Of a stretch of DNA of 64,000 nucleotides, positions 28,141 through 42,550 are shown in pieces. The translations under genes were made by a program, and so were the position numbers. The DNA comes from the human T2T-CHM13v2.0 reference genome, Homo sapiens. A model generated the notes under the pieces. The model searched no databases and was not told where the DNA came from. It worked only from the letters and a program-made list of their open reading frames with translations. The stretch lies in the NCBI RefSeq assembly GCF_009914755.1, contig NC_060925.1. One strand, 5' to 3'. Position 1 is the stretch's first letter, and every line of letters starts with the position of its first letter.

Positions 28141-30055
28141 TTCCAGTTAAAGCTTGTCGTATTTACAACGAGTACGTATATTCAAGAGGTCCAAAGCTGG
28201 GAGCCTTGGAGTGGAAGGGGATGGCGTCAGAAATATACCAAGACTTTTAGAGACATCTTTAGTGGGTACTTACCCTGCTCTGAAATGTCAGACATGGGTT
28301 TCCCAAATCCCCACAATCCCCATGGTGCCACGTCTGTTTTCCCATTTTGTTTTATCCTCACAATCTGTTCATCTCCCATGAGTTTGAGAACCAGGGAATT
28401 GCAAAAAGGATTCAGAGTTGCTGGAACCTTCAGAATGAGTGCTCAAGAAGGTGATTCTGGAAAGAAGAGACTTCTCCTAGATGTCTTTAATTTTAGCTGA
28501 GTTTTTCCTTGGCACAAACCAAATAGAATCTGGCTTATTAAAAACTATAAGCTGATTAAGGGTAGGATTTATGACAAATTCCTTTTAAAAAAAATCCTGC
28601 ACAGCCCGTAGATCTGTGCCTTGAACTTAATGGGTACCTAGTACTTATTTGCTTAATGAATAAAATTAATAAGTAGATGAATATATTGTCATTACTCCCA
28701 AATATTTTTGGAGTATCTGTTCACTCTTGATTTACCTAGAGATTTTAAGAAAAACAAACAAACAAAAAAAACAAAAACGCTCTGGAGAAGCTGAAAACCT
28801 AATTTGGGTGTGGGGGAAGGCTGTCCTCAGACACATGGACAGAGATTAACAGATATAACTAGTAGGTCTAGGAAGCCAAAGCTGAGGGCTAGGTACTAAT
28901 GGGAATAGGACATCAAGTTGTCCCTCTCCCCTTCCTGCCCGCCCCCACCCCCACTTCAATGAGCAGGTGTGGTCAGATGTTTGAAACATCACCATTTCAG
29001 TTTATGCATGATGCTTGATTACCGTAGGGAATGCAGTTCAGACAAAGTTCCTAGCTCTGATTGGTATCATTTAATCCTTTGTTATATCACTGAATCTGGC
29101 TTTTCCAGAGCTCCTGAAGGTTTTAAGCCTTATTTGTTGGACTTTGACTTAGAACATCGATTTAAACAACTTTTGTGAACTCCCATGACATACTTTGGTT
29201 ACTTTAAACATATTTATGGGACAGAGCATTTAAAATGCCTGCCTGATATTTACAGGGCCTGTGAACAGTCCTCCAAAGCTTGCATTCTGTGGTGTATCAG
29301 GTCAGTCATTAATGAGGATAAAGCTCATGTGATAGCCTTCTTACTTAATTCAAGGCACACTTCTGTAGGGCTGCACTGAGTCAGTGTCTGAGGCAACAGT
29401 ATAGGCCAGCGTTGGCACTCTGAAAACACACCCCCACTGGCTCTCACTGTTATCCGTGAAAGCATCCTTAACTAAAAAAAGAAAATGTGGGGCTCCCTTG
29501 CCAGAAAGTAATGCTATCTTCACCTGGTTATTTTTCCCTTCTATTTGCCATTTCTCATCACCTGCACAGACTGCTAGTAATAACTTTATCATAGTGGTTT
29601 TTAAAATGTGATATTTATAACAAGAAATCAGAATTGGTATTTAGATGATTTCCTTTAGGTTTAATCATGTTTGTTCCTCCTCATTTATCTGGTAGTTGCA
29701 CATATGTTGGTGGCATCAACCCTCAGATGGGTCTTTGCAATCAGTGGAAGCCCATTAATCATGATGCTTGCCCCAGATTTTGAAAATTTCCAGCTCTACC
29801 TGCCAATTTGAAAATTACCCTGTGGAGTATTGGTTGAATCTACCTTTCATGTTCACCATCTTCATTTATGTCGTTCACATCCTGAATTGTTAAAAGAGGT
29901 ATCATTGTTAAATGTTGCTAGGTGAACAAGGAATGTACTTCTTTTCATCCGTAATTGTTGCTATTTCATGCATTATTATTTAACTCATTGAATTTTTAAT
30001 GTTTACGAAATAAGTTTTAGTGCAACTGACTTCCTGACTTAAGATTTATGTGTAG

Positions 30056-30461
<406 letters not shown>

Positions 30462-31449
30462 TTATCTGACATTATTCTCTTTAAAAATTGTGGGCCTTCT
30501 TGTTTAATGTTTTAAATTGTTTTTACTACCTCCTCACATGTATAGTAGATATATTACAATATTATATTGCAATATTTATATATAGTGGGAAGGCAAAATA
30601 AAATTGATAATTCAAAACTGCAAAAATGGTCACTGCTGGATGGACTGCTTGTTTTAGGAACTGTTTTGATGAATGTGTCATTTAGTTGGGTGATTTAAAA
30701 AAATTTGGAGGCAATGCAACCTTACAGTTTATGTTTTACTGGGAAAGAAGGAGCATTCTAGCACCATTGACTTGTAAATGCAGTTTATCAATATTTCATA
30801 ATTTGCATGACTTTCTTTTACAATTACCTAGCAACAGTTCTTCTCTGCAGTGTTCCTTCAAAAAACCCCGCAGGGACAGACACAGTAGAGTGACCACCAA
30901 AATAGCAGCAATAACAGTTATGATCAATATTCTAAAATATGTAAAGGTCCCAACTCAGGGAGACATTAAAACCTAAATGCCTTCTGGTTTCCAGATCTGT
31001 ATAATTAAATTCTGACTGATGAATTTTCAGCAATGCAATGGAGCTAGTCTCTCTTCTTTAAGAGATTAGGGAACTAGAATTTGGTTTCATCTGAAATTTC
31101 ATTCTGAAACTAGGTGAATTTTGCTTTCTTAAGAATTGTTAGCAGGTGTGACCCATCATTGTTTGCAAAGGCTCCTCAGAAATGCCTCCAGACAAAGGAA
31201 ATTCCTGAGTCTTTCTCTGTGAAAGATGAGGTGCCATCCTAGGCTGGGGGCTTCCCCAAGTGCATGACGCAGTGGAGGCTGCAGAGCTTAAGCCACGGGA
31301 TCCAGTGTACTTAAGGCGCCTTTTCAACTGAAAAATGGGGGGTGTGGGGGGAGATTTGTAGCCATTTTAAAGTAGTCTTATCCTCACACATTATGAGTAT
31401 TTTATTGTCTTCACACAGAGAATAACTAGCTGAACAGACTTTAGGTTAG

Positions 31450-31464
31450 TTGGCTAGTAGCCAA
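31450..31464. promoter_or_regulatory. Perfect NFI palindromic binding site TTGGC-N5-GCCAA
   Basis: TTGGC tagta GCCAA in non-repetitive sequence. Confidence 0.55.
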
Positions 31465-32912
31465 AATAGGAAATGTTTTAGATCCTATTCCCCTGATTTT
31501 CAGGTTCTAAAATGGACTGACTGGGTGGTCTGTTTCAGACATCTTCCCCTCCCCACTCCCCCCACCTCCAACCCTTCACACACAAAGAGTTACACAGGAA
31601 AGAAGAAAAAAAGGGATTTCTTGCTGGTCCTCAAATTCGTTTGTGCCTCTGACTCTTATCCCAGGAGAGACCCAGAAGTGCCTATTGAATGTAACGTTCC
31701 AAGTAGGAAAGCATTTTAAAGTGTGTATTTAGAATGTATCTGGAATTGCGTAAATATATACATAGATCTAGATTCTAAAAATATGAAAATATGAAGCAAT
31801 ACAATTTATGCAGTATTTGAATTGGGCTCAAAAAGGAAATCAAATGAGGAGCCGTCATCAAATCACAGTGCGGTAGAAGGTGCACCTGGTGTTTGGCTAC
31901 AGCTCCATCTGCCATTGCTCTGTTTTCCCTGTGATCTAAGCCTGGAACTAGTATGACAGGACCCTTTGACAGAGATATCCTTAGAAGGACCACTTCTAAT
32001 GGCCACTTTTCATACCTCCCCATCAATTAAAAACCAGCGTGGTGAAAGATCAGAGGGGCGAGCTGGGGTCAGGAATTGGGTATGAGCTTTCCTTGCCACA
32101 AATAATAGGGTCACTTCTGCTTTTAAATTTGAATGTGAATTTGTTGTTTTTAAGCCTGTACATTATTTTTTGGAAGGAATTACCTATTTGTGGATAATAT
32201 TAGTAAACTGAATGTAATATACATAATGTATTTGGGGATTTGGAGTCACTAATCCAGATTGATTAGTTGCCTGCTAGAAAAATTCATGTGGCCACAAGGA
32301 TTTTTGGCACCTTTTCTCCCTGCAGCTTCCTCATTCTTTTTCTCTTCTTCAGGTTTTACTCAGCTCCAGGCAACTCTTTTCCCCCTGGCATTAGCTTGTC
32401 GTTAAGGAAATCTAGTGGGATATCTCAAATAGGGGTGGAGGGTAGGGGGCACTATTTGCTGCAGATTACTCTGCCCCATCTCAGTTGTGCATTTCTATAC
32501 TTGGTTGATTTTAACCCAAAGGGAACCAGGGAGTCTCATATGGCTTATCCACAGGCATCATATGGTGAATATCCAAAAAGAGAAATGTAAGGATATCGTG
32601 GCAAGGCTCGGCAAAATAGGAATAGCTTTTCAACAATCTTTCCACGAAGGAAAGTCAGTGTTTTCTTAGATCTCTGTAGGTATTTTACAACCAGAGAGCT
32701 TCTCAGCAAGTAGCACTTGTAAACTCAGAGATGAACAAGAAGAAGCCAAATCACAGCTTCCGAATAGGTCAAATTAGCAAAAGAGACTTGCCATTAAAAG
32801 CCTGACACTGAGCGTCTGTTAAGGGAAAATCAGTTGTCCAAGTCACTTAAAGACTTGTACCTCAATTTTCTCATAAGTAATTTAACAGATCATTCTTAAG
32901 AATTGCTGGATA

Positions 32913-33213
32913 GGCCGGGCAGGATGGCTCACGCCTGTAATCCCAGCACTTTGGGAGGCCAAGGCAGGCGGATCACGAGGTCAGGGGATTGAGACCATCC
33001 TGGCTAACACTGTGAAACCCTTTCTCTACTTAAAAAAAAAAAAAAATTAGCCGGGTGTGGTTGCAGGCGCCTGTAGTCCCAGCTACTCAGGAGGCTGAGG
33101 CAGGAGAATGGCATGAACCTGGGAGGCAGAGCTTGCAGTGAGCAGAGATTGCGCCACTGCACTCCAGCCTGGGTGACCGAGCGAGACTCTGTCTCAAAAA
33201 AAAAAAAAAAAAA
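32913..33213 (+). mobile_element. AluY
   Basis: Y diagnostics (accatcctggctaacac, gagaatggc.tgaacc, gagcttgc); TSD agaattgctggata. Confidence 0.95.
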
Positions 33214-33327
33214 TAGAATTGCTGGATATATTTGGACTAGGTATTGGATGTGTTAAGGGAATACAGAGATAGAGCAGACATCCTGCTCTTGAGAACCTGA
33301 TAGTCTAGTAAAAGGGAAAAGACACCA

Positions 33328-33860
33328 TTTGTTCGTTCATTCATTCAACAGGTATTTATCAAATACACTCTAAGAACCAGGCATGTTCTAGGCATCACAC
33401 TGAGCAAAACAGAAAATCCTACTCTTAATTTAGCTTACCTTCTTGGGGAAGGAGACAGACAATCAGCTGATTAATACACATGTCACATGCCAAGTGGCAT
33501 CAAACATTATAAAAGAAAATAAGGCAATATAAGGGATTAAAGAAGGGAGGATGTGGGTACTGTCTTATAAAGGGTGGTAAAGGAAGGCCTTTCTGATGTG
33601 TTGACATTTGAGTTAAGTCCTAATGAAGTCAAAGAAGTGAATTATGCAGATATTAGGGACTTTTATTCTAAGAAGAGGGAACATTAAATATAACAGCCCT
33701 GAGACATGCTGGAAGAACACTAAGGGGGTTGGTGTGGCTTGAAGGGTACAAACAAGGGAGAGAATAGTTGCAGATGAGTAGCAGGAAGGCAAATCATATT
33801 GGATCTTGTAAGCCAAGGAAAAGATATGGCACATCCTTGAAAAGCCATGGTATACTCTGG
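33328..33860 (-). mobile_element. L2
   Basis: ttcattcattcaacaggtatttat..ccaggca.. followed by purine-rich reverse L2 body (ggaaggcctttctga..tgacatttgag). Confidence 0.75.
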
Positions 33861-34281
33861 AAGAATGCACATATGAGTCCATTCATTTCTTGGTACAGTA
33901 GATATGTCCTGATCCCCTACACTGTGATAGTCACTGTTCTAGATAATGAGTGTTCAGTGGGAAGCAAAGTAGACAGAGTTTAGTGTGGAGTTGTACACAA
34001 AGACCTCATTCATAGCATTGTTAAGGAATGAGACTCTGATTTGTCATGGCAGTATCTTTTAGTACCTCCAAAGGTTTTCCCTCGTGCATATTACTAAAAG
34101 CCAAGTTACTTGCATGGAATAATATTTGGTTTCACATACCCAATTGTGTAAACAATTATTTCTCAAAATGGAGGTCGAAATCTGTGGAGTTTCAGCTTAC
34201 CCCTGCTCTCGTGACCCCATTAGATTATAACCCCCAGGTCTCACATACATTCACCATGAAGGTGGATTTTGTTCCTAAATA

Positions 34282-34570
34282 GTTGCCAGATGTAGCACAA
34301 TGGTGGCTCACACCTGTAATCCCAGCACTTTGGGAGGCCAAGGCAGGTAGATCACTTGTGGCCAGGAGTTTGAGACCAGCCTGGGCAACATGGCAAAACC
34401 CGTGACAGAGCAAGACTGTCCCCAACCCCCCCCCAAAAAAACAAGATGCCAAGTTAAATTTGAGTTTCAGATAAACAGTGAATAATTTTTTAGTACTGCG
34501 TGAAATATACTTACACAAACAAAGTATTCATTGTTTGTCTAGACCAAGTTTTGTATTTTATCTGGCAACC
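34282..34570. mobile_element. MER53 (palindromic hAT MITE) interrupted by an Alu fragment
   Basis: TIRs gttgccagat / atctggcaac; internal agttaaatttgagtttcagataaacagtgaataattttttagta. Confidence 0.8.
34298..34444 (+). mobile_element. Internally deleted Alu (left arm fused to the 3' end of the right arm), C-run in tail
   Basis: ..ggcaaaacccGTgacagagcaagactgtc then cccaacccccccccaaaaaaacaa. Confidence 0.85.
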
Positions 34571-35373
34571 AGTTGTAATTCTCCACATATTCCTGTGGAG
34601 GTTACATAGGCAATAGTAACAGCAGCGTATGAAAAGGTTTGATTAGTCTGTGATGATTTCACTGATCACAAAAGGTCAAACCACTGGAATTTAACCCACT
34701 GAAAATGAAATCTGGGAAGAGTACTACAAAGTTCTAGTGACTTGGCTGCTTAAATTCCATTCCTTCCGCATCTGCTGGTACCTAGCCCAGTAGTTTTCTT
34801 GGAACAATAAACCACTTGTGAGGCACAGTCAATAGGTACAATATAATAGTTGAGAGCCACTCAGCCCATGCAAGTGAGTGTATAAGTTTAATTAGTCGTG
34901 TATTAATTGAGTAAGCCACTGCGACACTGTGTGAGCCCATACATCCAGTTACTGGCAGACCATTTACTCACGAAAGATGATGAAAATAGGAAATCAGTCA
35001 AATAATAGAGCATTTGGAATTCGCACATCCAAAGGTGAAGTAGAGAAATGGCATTTCTGATAAACTTGAAAATAGAAGGGGCCATATTTTTCATGTGCAA
35101 TATGGAATGATAAATGTATATGTTTTCATCTGTAATTGGGACAACTTTGCTAGGTATGACAAATCTTGTTTGAACATGTTAAAGAAATATAGTGTAACCT
35201 TTGAATCCTCCTGCTTTAAAAAAGAATAGTGTTCACAGATTCAAGGAAAACAATTTTGGAAATAGGGTTAAACTCTATTAGGCTTAAAGCCAGATAATAA
35301 CAAAAATAATGATTTTTGGTGATAATAATCATAATAGTAGCTCACAATCATTGTGGACTTTCTGTGTGCCAGT

Positions 35374-36090
<717 letters not shown>

Positions 36091-39011
36091 GAGCCATGCA
36101 CTGTGCTGAGTTCTATATTCATGATCTTATATCATCTTAATATAATCCTATGGAGGTAGGTGCTATTAGTGTGCCCATTTTACAGATTAGGAAACTGAGA
36201 CACAAAGAATTTAAGTAGCTTGTCCTACAGTCAAGAAGGCATAAAGGGTATTCAGACTCAACTCTAAGTCCAGAGTCTTAACTGCTTAACCATGGCATTC
36301 TATTAGAGAAAGAATGGAATTCAAACTCTGGTTCTATAATGTATTGATTGTATAAATTTGAACAAGTTATTTAAACTCTTAAACTTTTATTTTCTAATGT
36401 ATAAGGTGCGATGTCATCACCTTCCCAGGAAATGTGTTTTCGTTGCTGTTTTGTTCTGAGCACAAACAACGTTAGTTCCTTTTCCTTCCTCTTGTTTTGC
36501 TCTCATCTAGGATTGTCATCTCTTCCTTTATTTCTTATCTCATCTTCCCAGGTATCTGCCTCAGCCTTGTTCAGGCACCCACAGGCTTAACTACATCCTC
36601 AGAACTAACAGGACTGTTTCTGTGTGGATTATATGTCTGGATGTAGATATGTGGAAAGTGCTGAGCACTTGCAACAATCCATAAATAGATACTCAATAAA
36701 ATGTAGCTCGCCTTCTCTCTCATCCACCTCATTGCCTCATAGACATGAACTAGGTGCCAGGGACATCTTCTTTTTAAGTTTCTTTTTTTTTTTTTTTTTG
36801 ACAAAATATACATCTTTATAGAAAAATTACATTCTTATTTTTTTATGAACACTTTGTTCTTTTTTTCTACAGTCTCAAGTATTATGAGTATATGGTACTT
36901 TAATAGATATTTTTAAACAATGGACTGAGTTTTCATTTGATTTTTCTGCTGGAGGTGGAGACTATAAAATGAGGTTAGTTGCAAGGTATTTATACCAGAT
37001 GCCATTATGTTTGTTAGATGGCATAAAACAATTATGATTGCCAATAAATTTAAAAGTGTTTCCGTTGCAAAAGATGTAGGAGTATAGTTTTACTGAAAAC
37101 ATAAAATGTTTCTTTTCATTCCCCATTTTTTGTGCAGTACAATAGAAATTTGTGCCCCATTCCTTTCATTTTAGATTTCTGAATTATTTAAAAGAATTGG
37201 TTAATTCTCCATTTCAAGTGAGCAAGACAAAGTTCATTAGGATATCTGATTCCTAGCAGGTCCCACATTCACAGATCATGTTAACTCCATAGAGAGGTTT
37301 ATCTTCTTTTAAAATTACAAATGCTACCCACACTGAAAGCTTTTCAGTTTAATGCATTGTTACAGCTTTGAACTCTTCAGTAGGATCCTAAACAATAGAA
37401 AGAAGGAAAATGAAGCACCTTGTTGTCCGAGCTTGAGCCAGTTCTAAAAGTAGCAGTGCAGAACGTCTATGTCCTTTCAATTCTAGTGGATTTGCAACAC
37501 AATATCATGAAAGGCATGCAAGTAAACCTTATCACGTGCTCCACCAGTAGTTACCAACTGGTGGTCCTTGAAGGGAGCCAGAGGAAAAATCTTAAATTAT
37601 GCATTTTTTCCCCTTATATAAAGCTGCACTGGCTGAAGATTTTTGCTTTTGACTTTATGCTTGTGAACTCATGGGTTCTCTTATACTTACAGAGACTCTG
37701 GCAGTTATAGTTTGGATTCATTTAATGAAAGGTAGGGGAATGATGAATTATCTATTATTTAGCAAAGATGGTAAATTAAATACTTTGAGAAGCTGGCCTT
37801 ATGAGAGGAAATGATTACAAGTTGTCCTTAATGGTAAGAAGATACAGAAGCCTGTGCTGTAGACCACTGGTTAATAGCCTTTAACTTTATCTTAGGAAAG
37901 ACGAAGAAAGAAGAGAAAAGCAGGTGCTAGGAATAGCCAGTCAAGACTGGTTGTTGCAGGTGCTGCCCGTCATCTCCATTGTACCCCTTTCCGGTGTTCT
38001 TTCAGCAGATATTGTTGAATTCAGTTCTATCTGAGCAGAATTGATAGTGAGGCCGATGTGGAAAGCAACTCAGAGTAGGAGACTCAGGTGGTACTTCTGT
38101 ATGTAAATTGACTAGGAAAGCATAACTTTGAAACAAAAGATTCTAACAAAGTTTCATAGCCCAATCACATGTAAGTGTGTAGAACATTTGAGTTTTGGAC
38201 TCTGATCTCTGTGGATTTTTTTCTGTGCATTCATAAGAGAGGCACAAAAATTGACTGTGGTCAAATAATACTATGTACTGTAAACTTTAGATTGTTTGAA
38301 TATGTTAATTTGATGTAATAATTCTAAGATATAGAGGACAAGGAAACTGAGGCTTGGAAGTTGAGGCACATGTTCATGATCAATAGCAAGTGAGTGCCTG
38401 CTTCATCTTTCTTGGGAGAGCTTTGAGAATAAACAGGGATAACGGATAGTGGTGTGCTTTGAAATGTTTTGTACTCAGCAGCTATAATCTCAAATAATTT
38501 GTATTGTTAGGTTTTCAATGTATTGACTATTCTGTCCCCTTACCCCAGGGAAAGTATAGACTTGAGGTCAGGGAATAACAATGGCATATGACATGTAAGT
38601 ATGGTGACATAATGTCATATGATATACTACATAATATATGTATTATAGTGTTACATGCATTATGTATTACATTATTGAGTAAATATGTATTATATTACAA
38701 TGTGTAATCTGTAGTCCTTATAATCTATTAGGACTTTGACTGAACACCAGTCAATGAAAATAGTAAATGTCACAGTATACTGAAAGCGAAGCCAGTGAGA
38801 GAGAGTCTGCAGAATTCCACATTTTCCTCAGGATACCTCGCAGACCATGGGTGACACATGACCACCTGACATTGGTACCAAGTGAGGGAGAATGCATTAT
38901 TAGAAATAAACTTATCGTTTTTCAAAGACGACTTATTTTTAAAAGCTACAGTATAAATGGAAGCTCCAGTGATTTCTTTGGACACCGCAAATTTGTGTTT
39001 TAAGGAGACCA

Positions 39012-39123
39012 CTATTCTAGACTATGTGCTCCCTGAGGGCAGAAAGTAGTGTATTATATTCCAAACAAAATGGCACTCAGTAAATATTTTAGGGTGAATG
39101 AATGAATGGGTAAATGAATGAAT
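39012..39123 (+). mobile_element. L2 3' end
   Basis: tagactatgtgctccctgagggcag...ggcactcagtaaatattt..tgaatgaatgaatg. Confidence 0.7.
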
Positions 39124-41662
39124 CTTGTGTTCAGGAGTTTAAGTCTTTTCAGGGGAAAATAATACATAATCATAAGTTATTCCCCTCCTTCCAATTGATC
39201 TTTCTTAATTGTACATATATTTATTAATATATAATCCCTGTGCCAGGCAGTGGGCATATCCACATAAAAGAGAAACCAACCCCATACTCCTTGAGTACAT
39301 ATTCTAGCAAAGGATACAGATATTTAGGCAGATAGTTGCATAAAATGTGATTGTGATCTCCTAAAGTTATTTGGATGGTGTTTGGGGCATATGGTGGAGG
39401 CACAAGTGATAAAGGCTATGCAAGAAGCAACAAAAGTAAAGTTAGAAGTGTTCAGAGAAGAGCTTGTTAGGTATTTGACCTAAATGCTGAAGTGTATACA
39501 TGTTCCTAGATGTTACTTAGAGCTTTCTTGCTCCTTAAAATTAGCTCAAACCCCCCATTCCACAACCTGAGGAAATCTAAAGCCTATCCCAGTATTTCTG
39601 TGCATTTCTGGGGATGCTTACAGCAAAAGTTTTCTTCTAGCTGTCAGTTCCTGCACCTGCTGAGTTAGTTTACTTTATAGATCTTCCCCCAAGTCGTGCA
39701 ATGCTCTTTTCCATGTCCTGTGCCCGTATGTTGGGTTGAGCACCTTCTCTGTATTTCTGTCTGATCTACCTGTAGAAATTATGTGTACAGCTGGCTTTGG
39801 TGAAGTTGTAGGAGGGCGAGTTTGGGCACTTCAGTAAAGTCTCAGAACATACTAACCGCATCACATTGATTTTAAACAACTCTGTTTTTAAGAGCACTTA
39901 GGTCACTCTGCCATGTTACCATTGCCCTCTCTTCCTCCCTCCCTCTCTTCTCTGAGCCTCTCCTTGTTCTTCTTTAGTTTTCCTTGAGCCTTGCAAATTT
40001 ATGTTCTTGGGAATCTCCTTTGTAAATAAGAAATGTGCCATCAAGATATTTCCCAATCAATGGATTCTGGCACTCTTGACAAAATGATAGATGGAATTTG
40101 CAGTTTCTGTGTGTATGAGAGGGAAGATGCAAAGTCCTTGTTAAACAAAAGGAACATTATGGGTAAAGGCCTAGGGGCAGAAAGGACCCAGCATGTAAAG
40201 CTGCAGCTTGGCTAAGACATAGTGTTTCTGAACAGTTTCAAATACGCCAGTCATATCATGTTGAATTCTTGGATGGCCAGTCACCCAGCGTGTTTCCCTT
40301 GGAATGAAGCTTGCTGACTGACTGGCTGACAGCTAGAAAGCATCCATAAATGAGAGATGGAGATGAAATTAAAATGTGACTTCTTTGGCATCCACCTTTC
40401 GAACCTAGGCCTTCCCCACTTTACTCTAATTCAATTTAGTAGATGTTGGATGGAAACTAATACAGTTAAAAAGAACTTCATGTAATCTCACTAACATTCT
40501 TAGAACATGATGCTCAAGGTTTTCTGGTCAAGGATATTTGCATTTGCATTTATAGAATAGTTAAGAGCCAGAATTCTATGCATGTGAGAAGTCCTTGCTT
40601 TGAGAATGACATTTCCAAGCTGTCAAAATCTAATGTGCTCAAAGCTCAAACCAAAATTGCTTTTTATTCTGTAAATATTGAAGAGAAGGCTTAGAGTGGC
40701 ACCAGTGAAGTTGCTAGCCAGGGTACTAGCCTACTGAGTTGGAATCAGAAAAAGTCCATTTGTTGAGTTTAAATTATAATACAATCCAAGCCTGAGGGAT
40801 GCAGTGAAAAAGTATGACCAGTGGTCAGATTCCCACATTTTCCTGCTGACCACTTGGTCACTTTGACACAGTTTACTAGAGAAGTTTGATTTGCAGGTGT
40901 GTAAGCACAGTACATGCATCTTTGTTACTTGACTCTTCTCATCTCCAATTTCTTAATGCTTACATTGAACTACAAAAATCTTCACATGAAATCTTCCCAT
41001 ATTATATTCACTCATTCAACCAATATTTATTTATTAAACATCTGCTGTATGGCAGATACTGCTCCAGGCATTAGTCACAAGAGTGATGAAGCACAGAAAA
41101 GTAAAGTTTCATGCATCCAATAGCAGATTCATTGTAGAACTGAGAGCCTTGATGTTCGGTTCCTTGTCCAGCTTTCTTTCTCCTACATTTCTACTCTGCT
41201 TTTCTTACACTTGCTGTTTCACCAAAAAAAAAGTTACTTGAAAGGCGATTGAAATCATTCTTTTCATTTGCCAATAAGTTGTAAAGGTTATTGGAAAGTC
41301 ATTTGTGTAGGATTTTGAATCAGTTTAACACAGTTTTCATATTACATTTATGTGTGTGATTTTCTGAATAATGCCTTTAAAGGCAGACATTAAGTGGATT
41401 GCGAACTCCATGAAAGCAAGGATTGTTTTTCTTTTTTACTCACTGTTTTCTCTTTAGCACAGTGCCTATCCCATAGTACATGTTCAATAAATATTTACTA
41501 TAAATGCAGAACTAAATGCATTTCTTATGCTTCGCTATATCCCTGTTGTCTGGTGCAGTGTGTGCAGTGTGAGCTCTCTCTGAGTCTGTCGCTGGTAAGA
41601 TGGTGAACAGTGCTGTCCGTATTCAGTGGACTTCTGTATAGAGCATGTCATTCCCAGTCTAT

Positions 41663-41692
41663 CTCGATATTCAGTACTCGATATTCAGTACT
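41663..41692 (+). repeat. Perfect 14-bp tandem duplication
   Basis: ctcgatattcagta x2 plus ct. Confidence 0.9.
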
Positions 41693-42394
41693 TAAGTGTC
41701 CAGTCAAGCAGCTTGTAGTTTTCCTTGCTATGTTGGGGTGGGTACTCTGGTACCTGGAGGCCCCCTGGCTGCAGACACAGCAAGATGGTTTCGAGCAGGG
41801 TGTGAAATGTTTGCTGCCAGTGAGGGAGAAAGGTTTGCCTTGGCTAGGAGTAGCAGGATTTCAGGCTCCACATCTGGGTCTTCCGTCTACGTCACCACCA
41901 CCATCCTCATATGCGCATAGCCATCAGCTGTCCTAAGTGCAGCACTCTGACAGAAAATTGTATACGAGGCAGAGGTGGCTGTAACTAGTCAAAGTGTGAG
42001 AGAAATACTCATTCCATGGCAAAGCTGACTGACATGAAGAGATCTTTGTGCTGAGAGAGATTCAGCAAAGGGAGGCCAGAGTAAACTAGGAGTGGGCTCC
42101 GGGTTAGAGTTGAAGCAAGAACCTGTATGAAAAGAAAGGCAATGTCCACCTCATATTTCCTAGCAGACATAAAAGACATGGTGTCTCTCTTGCTCAGTCT
42201 TTTTCATCATCTTACTGGGTTCAGAACATGGGTAAAGTTCGAAGTGGTACATTGGATAATTCTTTCGGGCAGAACTTTGTTGAAAGGAAGAGTGTGGTCG
42301 TCTAATTGGAGCTTGGCAAGTGCAAGGGTGGGAGAGAAAGGGAGACCCTACCTTGACTCCACCGCTCACCTGGCTGTGAAACGCTTTAAGAACA

Positions 42395-42550
42395 GAAACA
42401 CTTACTAATTGTAACTGGCCTTAGGAAGGTACCTGACCTCCCGTGCCTCAGTTTCCTCGTCTGTAAAATAGTCACGAATGCTTCTTGCCCTTCTTTGCTC
42501 CCAAGGATTTAGTAAGGATTTAATGATATGATGTATCTGAAAGCACTTTA
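42395..42550 (+). mobile_element. MIR
   Basis: gtgcctcagtttcctcgtctgtaaaat is the MIR core. Confidence 0.75.
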
